This document shows, in pieces, positions 59,917-64,000 of a DNA stretch of 64,000 nt (position 1 is its first letter; every line of letters begins with the position of its first letter). Location: positions 26,944 through 90,943 of the forward strand of contig CBFFRP010000214.1 of the NCBI GenBank assembly GCA_965644295.1, written 5' to 3'. The notes beneath the pieces were generated by a model, which was not told the origin of the DNA, did no database searches, and saw nothing but the letters and a program-made list of their open reading frames with translations. Source of the DNA: Paraphysomonas bandaiensis. Lineage: Eukaryota > Protista > Chrysophyceae. The position numbers were made by a program, and so were the translations under genes.

Positions 59917-61376
59917 TTAATTAAAGTAAGTTGAGTATGCTTGACGTATGGGTCCTCCTCCAAGACAAATATCTCCTGAGTATAATGCTAATATCTGCCC
60001 TGGTGCTGGCGCCCGCATCGGTTCACCCCGAGAATCAATGCGTAGGACCATACGTCCACTACTACTTTCTCGGCATATATTCGTAGGGGTGGGTGCCGAT
60101 GATAGGGAAAGAGGTGATACATCATCACGTATATCTACAGTTGATCTAAATAGGGTCACTGTACAGGGAAGGGGGGTCTGCTGATGCCGGAATTGCATTT
60201 CGCAATCCATTGATCCAATTCCTTCGCAGCTACTATTCAGTCCACTTGGAATTTCCCCTGCCACCCAGTTAAATTCATCCCATAGTACCTCTACCGCCTC
60301 GCAGAATAGAGAGGGGTGTCGCGATCCACCCGCAACGTACACATTTCCAGTACTTCGGGACTTGCGGGCTACGAAATACTTCTCCGGGCTCCCACCTATG
60401 CGCGCTTTTTGTCCCAAAGTGAGAAGTTCTGCTCCTGCATGCTCTCCCACTTGTTTTCCAGATGTAAGATCAATGAATCTACAAATTACGCCTAAATACA
60501 TTACATGTTAAGCTATTTGATTTTCACCTACCTCCCGCGTGTAGGGTTCAGGTAGTTAGGAAGAAATTGGTCCATCCTCCGTTTACCTATGAAGCAAACA
60601 CCCATGCTCTCCCTTTTCTGTAGTACGCGTAGTCCTTCAAAAAGAGGGCACGCGGCTGCTAATTTGCGCACTTCTGACTTAAGCATATTCCCTAAAGGAA
60701 ACAGGACCCGAGACAGAGATCGGCCCTGAAATGTAGAGAGCATTTAGTCATCATTGTAGTTTTGCACTGGAATACTTCCCAACCTCTGTGCAGCATAGGA
60801 AGTACGACTGATCTTTGGATGGATCTAAACCCCGGAGAAGTAAAGGATGCCCGGTAAGATGCTCCTGTTGTTCCACTCTGGCGTAATGACCAGTGGCCAT
60901 TAAGTCGAAACCAAGTTCATCCAAAACATGTTTCCGAAAGCTGTTAAACTTTATGTGACGATTACAGTAGACATCCGGATTAGGAGTCTGCATCCCACTT
61001 TCGTAAGCACTTACAAACGGAGAAAACACGTTATTCCAATACTCCTTCACGAAGGACACCTGACCCATCACAGATGTCACTTAACGATACGAATGGAGGA
61101 TATATCAACCTCAATGCTCTCTATGCCCAGCCGCTTGCACACGTCCTTCATGTCGATCTGGTCTTGATGCAGAGGACATTCTCCTGATCCTGACTCATCA
61201 GATTGGTCCCAGTTTCTCATGAAAACACCGGAGACAGCGTATCCCTGTTGTTTGAGCAGCAGAGCAGACACAGCCGAGTCGATGCCCCCGGACATGGCGA
61301 CCGCCACTGTGGTAACACATCTGCAACGAGACTGTAAAGAGACACCCCATCCATGCAGGCGATTAACACGTCTCAT
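59917..61376 (-). CDS. mnmA: tRNA-specific 2-thiouridylase MnmA/TRMU (organellar); 4 exons
   Basis: [60 protein letters not shown]; N-terminal targeting-like extension. Confidence 0.95.
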
Positions 61377-61775
61377 GTATAAGATCTAGTGTCGAGCGCA
61401 CCATATGAGTGAATGTGTGTGTATACCGCAACCATAACACACTTAACTCACTTCCTCTTGCTGCTTCCTGCACACCAGAGGTGTGGAATATTCTGTAGTC
61501 GAAAAGTACAGCAGTATACTGTACAGGTGCAGAGTCCGGGATCATCATATACGTAGGAATTCCTACAATACGTATAGACTATACTGTATACACTGTACCA
61601 GTCCAGCGCAGTTGTTTGGGATGGCTCACACAAATCCGCAAATCAGACGAGCGAAAGTTGCTTGTTGAACTCGAGAGGGACTCGTGCAGTTGTGATACTT
61701 TTGTTCACGCTACTCATGATATTTGCCGCACTAATCATCTGAGATTGGGCTCTTCGCTCTCGATAGACTGTTGCT

Positions 61776-63046
61776 ATGAATGTATTGCATGAAGTCCTGT
61801 TTGTTTTGTGTATATTTTTAGGGGTCTACCAAACACATGCTGCTTCACACGCCTTTCACTCTGACCAGCACTTTAGAAATCTCAGAGATCGATCGGAACA
61901 GCACTGTCTGCGCCGAAGCAATATTAAAGTTGGCAATTTGATAGACCCGCGATCACGAGTCGATTTGACTAAAGGCTGTGTATTGTATTACTTACATAAC
62001 CATAAAAGGTCTACTCTGCCGCATTTGCTATGCTGTGTATATTTCTCTTATGTTGTTTTAATTTGTAGTGGTGGAACTACTATGTGTTCGACTGCAAAAC
62101 GAGGTGGTTTCAATGTTAATATCAAAGAAAATTGTAACGTACCTCCGACTGAACGGCGTAATGCGGAGGCATATATATCTCACCATAATCTTACATTCGT
62201 TGCTCAAGAAAATCCTTACTTTCAGCCCAATATGTCATCCAACAAGTATTTATATATGACAACCATTCGAAACCCTTTGAATCGAATAATTTCGCACTTG
62301 CACCACGAATTGTGTATAAGAACTGTGGAGAGTGCGAGGGAATACATGGCTCACCACCACTGTGATGTTGACATTGTGTCTGCTACTTTGTCTGACATCA
62401 TACTTAGCGATTGTTTCAACAAGACGCTTGGATTTATAGCTTCCAACTACTATATTAACATGTTCACTGGCTGTAAGATTCGTCGGATGTGTGACTCTAG
62501 TAGTTTACAGGAAGCGATCCGCAAACTTGACGCAATGTCAGTGATAGTGAAGACAGATACTTCGGTAGAGTACATTAAGTAAGTAAGAATAGCCTAGTTC
62601 CAAGTTTGCGCCCACGCTTTCGTAGGTATTCGAAGCTATTGGATCTGAAATTTTCCATGGGCTATCGGCCATCCTACCGGTCTGGGACCCATATCGACAG
62701 TGATGCAACGAAAATGCTTGGGTAAGTGTTTGTCTGGTTTTCCCAGTACTTATTACGTTTGATTTATGAACATTGTTGTAGAGGAAACCATACTGCGATG
62801 CAACGGTTATTGGCTATGAATGAATTGGATATGGAGTTTTATGAAGTTGCTTCCCGTAAGGCTGTGGAGAACTTTGAGAAGGATAGAGATGCGCTAGTAC
62901 AAATGGGAAAGTTTTCCTCATCTCTGCAAGGGCGGGTAAAAAGGAGGGCTTCATCTTTCGGTCTGTCGCATCCCCTTGCTCGATTCCATACTGGAGTGGT
63001 TGCTTCCCCTCTTGCGATGCCTTTCTGCGAAAAGTTTGTAGGATAA
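61776..63046 (+). CDS. Membrane-anchored/secretory sulfotransferase (sulfotransferase-2-like); about 4 exons
   Basis: YYLHNHK|SGGTT (5'-PSB, across an intron), IRNPLNRIISH (3'-PB), NELDMEFY; N-terminal hydrophobic segment. Confidence 0.8.
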
Positions 63047-63169
63047 TTCCTTAAGGGTAGTGGTTATCAGATTAGTGCAGTAGTATGGACTGATAATCGA
63101 TTGCGAGTTCTTACAGGAATATAACTTATAAAAACCTGTAATATACTCGTGAATGTGTCGACCAAACTA

Positions 63170-63200
63170 TTAGGGTTAGGGTTAGGGTTAGGGTTAGGTT
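63170..63200 (+). repeat. Interstitial telomere-type repeat (TTAGGG)4 plus a degenerate unit
   Basis: Directly visible. Confidence 0.9.
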
Positions 63201-64000
63201 ACACTATCGCTATCACTGTGCCTGCTGTCATCAATTTGTAGAGATACATCGCCCTCATCATGGCCATATCCCTATATGCATCATGTTACAGTTAAGGCGA
63301 CTACATGTTGTACAGCAGAGTCACCAACGTACTTCGAAGACCCCACTTTTCTACAAGAAGGTGAAGGTTATCGAGACGATTCGTTCCGCTGGAATTTCTT
63401 GGTGCCACTCTACCGGGGCTACCCGAGCAACCTGCTGTCCCCTGGCAGCTGCACTGAATCCACCTTTGCCCGAGTCCCGCTCAGCCGGTCGTCGAATGCT
63501 GCCACGAGGCGCCAGGCCACCAGGCAACCCTGTAGAGGACGAGGTGAGTGCCTGAGCAGCTCGAGCGGACTGGGGTTGTTCCAAGGCCCTTGCGAGCACT
63601 TTGATGTGACTGTTGGTGGCTGTGCTGTGGACCTTGCGGCTGCTGTGGGGTGTATAGTTGAATTTGAGGTGTAGAATCCTGCCACTGAGGTAGAGCGCAT
63701 CCTTCTCTGCCTGGGTCTGCTGCACGTCCACAGTCGATTTTATAAATGACACCCTTCTGAAGCCACAGACCACCGAGACGGTGTAGTTGATGACATTCAG
63801 GAGTCACGAATTTCAAACTACCCAAACTATCCCGTTCTTCCATGGATCTCATCCATGAAGGCGACTCAGAAGACCTTGTGGGAGTCAATAATGGATCGTG
63901 TGCATCACTATCACACCTCTCTTCCTTACTCCCACCACCAAATGGACATCATTTTGAACGGGATGCGTTTTTTAAGACAGTACGTAACTGAACGAAGTAT

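Noticed and set aside
42683-61376. Bacterial contamination suggested by HPt, NadD-like and MnmA genes
   Set aside because: NadD-like and MnmA carry spliceosomal introns, HPt proteins are normal in eukaryotic phosphorelays, and all are embedded among eukaryotic TEs.

Overview
Eukaryotic nuclear DNA, most likely a plastid-bearing stramenopile (ochrophyte/chrysophyte-like). The evidence is very short GT-AG introns (about 47-56 nt), an ARC5/DRP5B plastid-division dynamin with a signal-peptide-like N-terminus, and an interstitial TTAGGG tract. About 16 host genes sit mostly in compact head-to-head pairs, separated by TE-rich spacers. They are a GFAT 3' end, TPR protein, putative glycosyltransferase-like protein, FYVE-lipase, FkbM methyltransferase, COX7a-like, RING, roadblock, 6xCCCH, ARC5, HPt, NadD-like, OPA3, an unknown gene, MnmA/TRMU and a sulfotransferase. 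There is also a decarboxylase-methyltransferase pseudogene. The spacers hold one intact young Copia element (294-bp LTRs with TA...CA ends, ATATC TSD), a decayed Copia, three hAT families (MITEs, nested copies, 8-bp TSDs), a probable CACTA end and two long inverted repeats. The most interesting signal is a dispersed retroposon system made of decayed non-LTR elements (RNase H and CCHC remnants) and about 500-nt non-coding derivatives. These share (i) a 5' head that folds like an HDV-type self-cleaving ribozyme and resembles, from memory, the trypanosomatid ingi/L1Tc signature, and (ii) a 3' GNRA stem-loop with compensatory changes. A second candidate is an intronless TPR gene whose C-terminus resembles a Legionellales effector domain. 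All homology calls are by eye and from memory; no searches were run.
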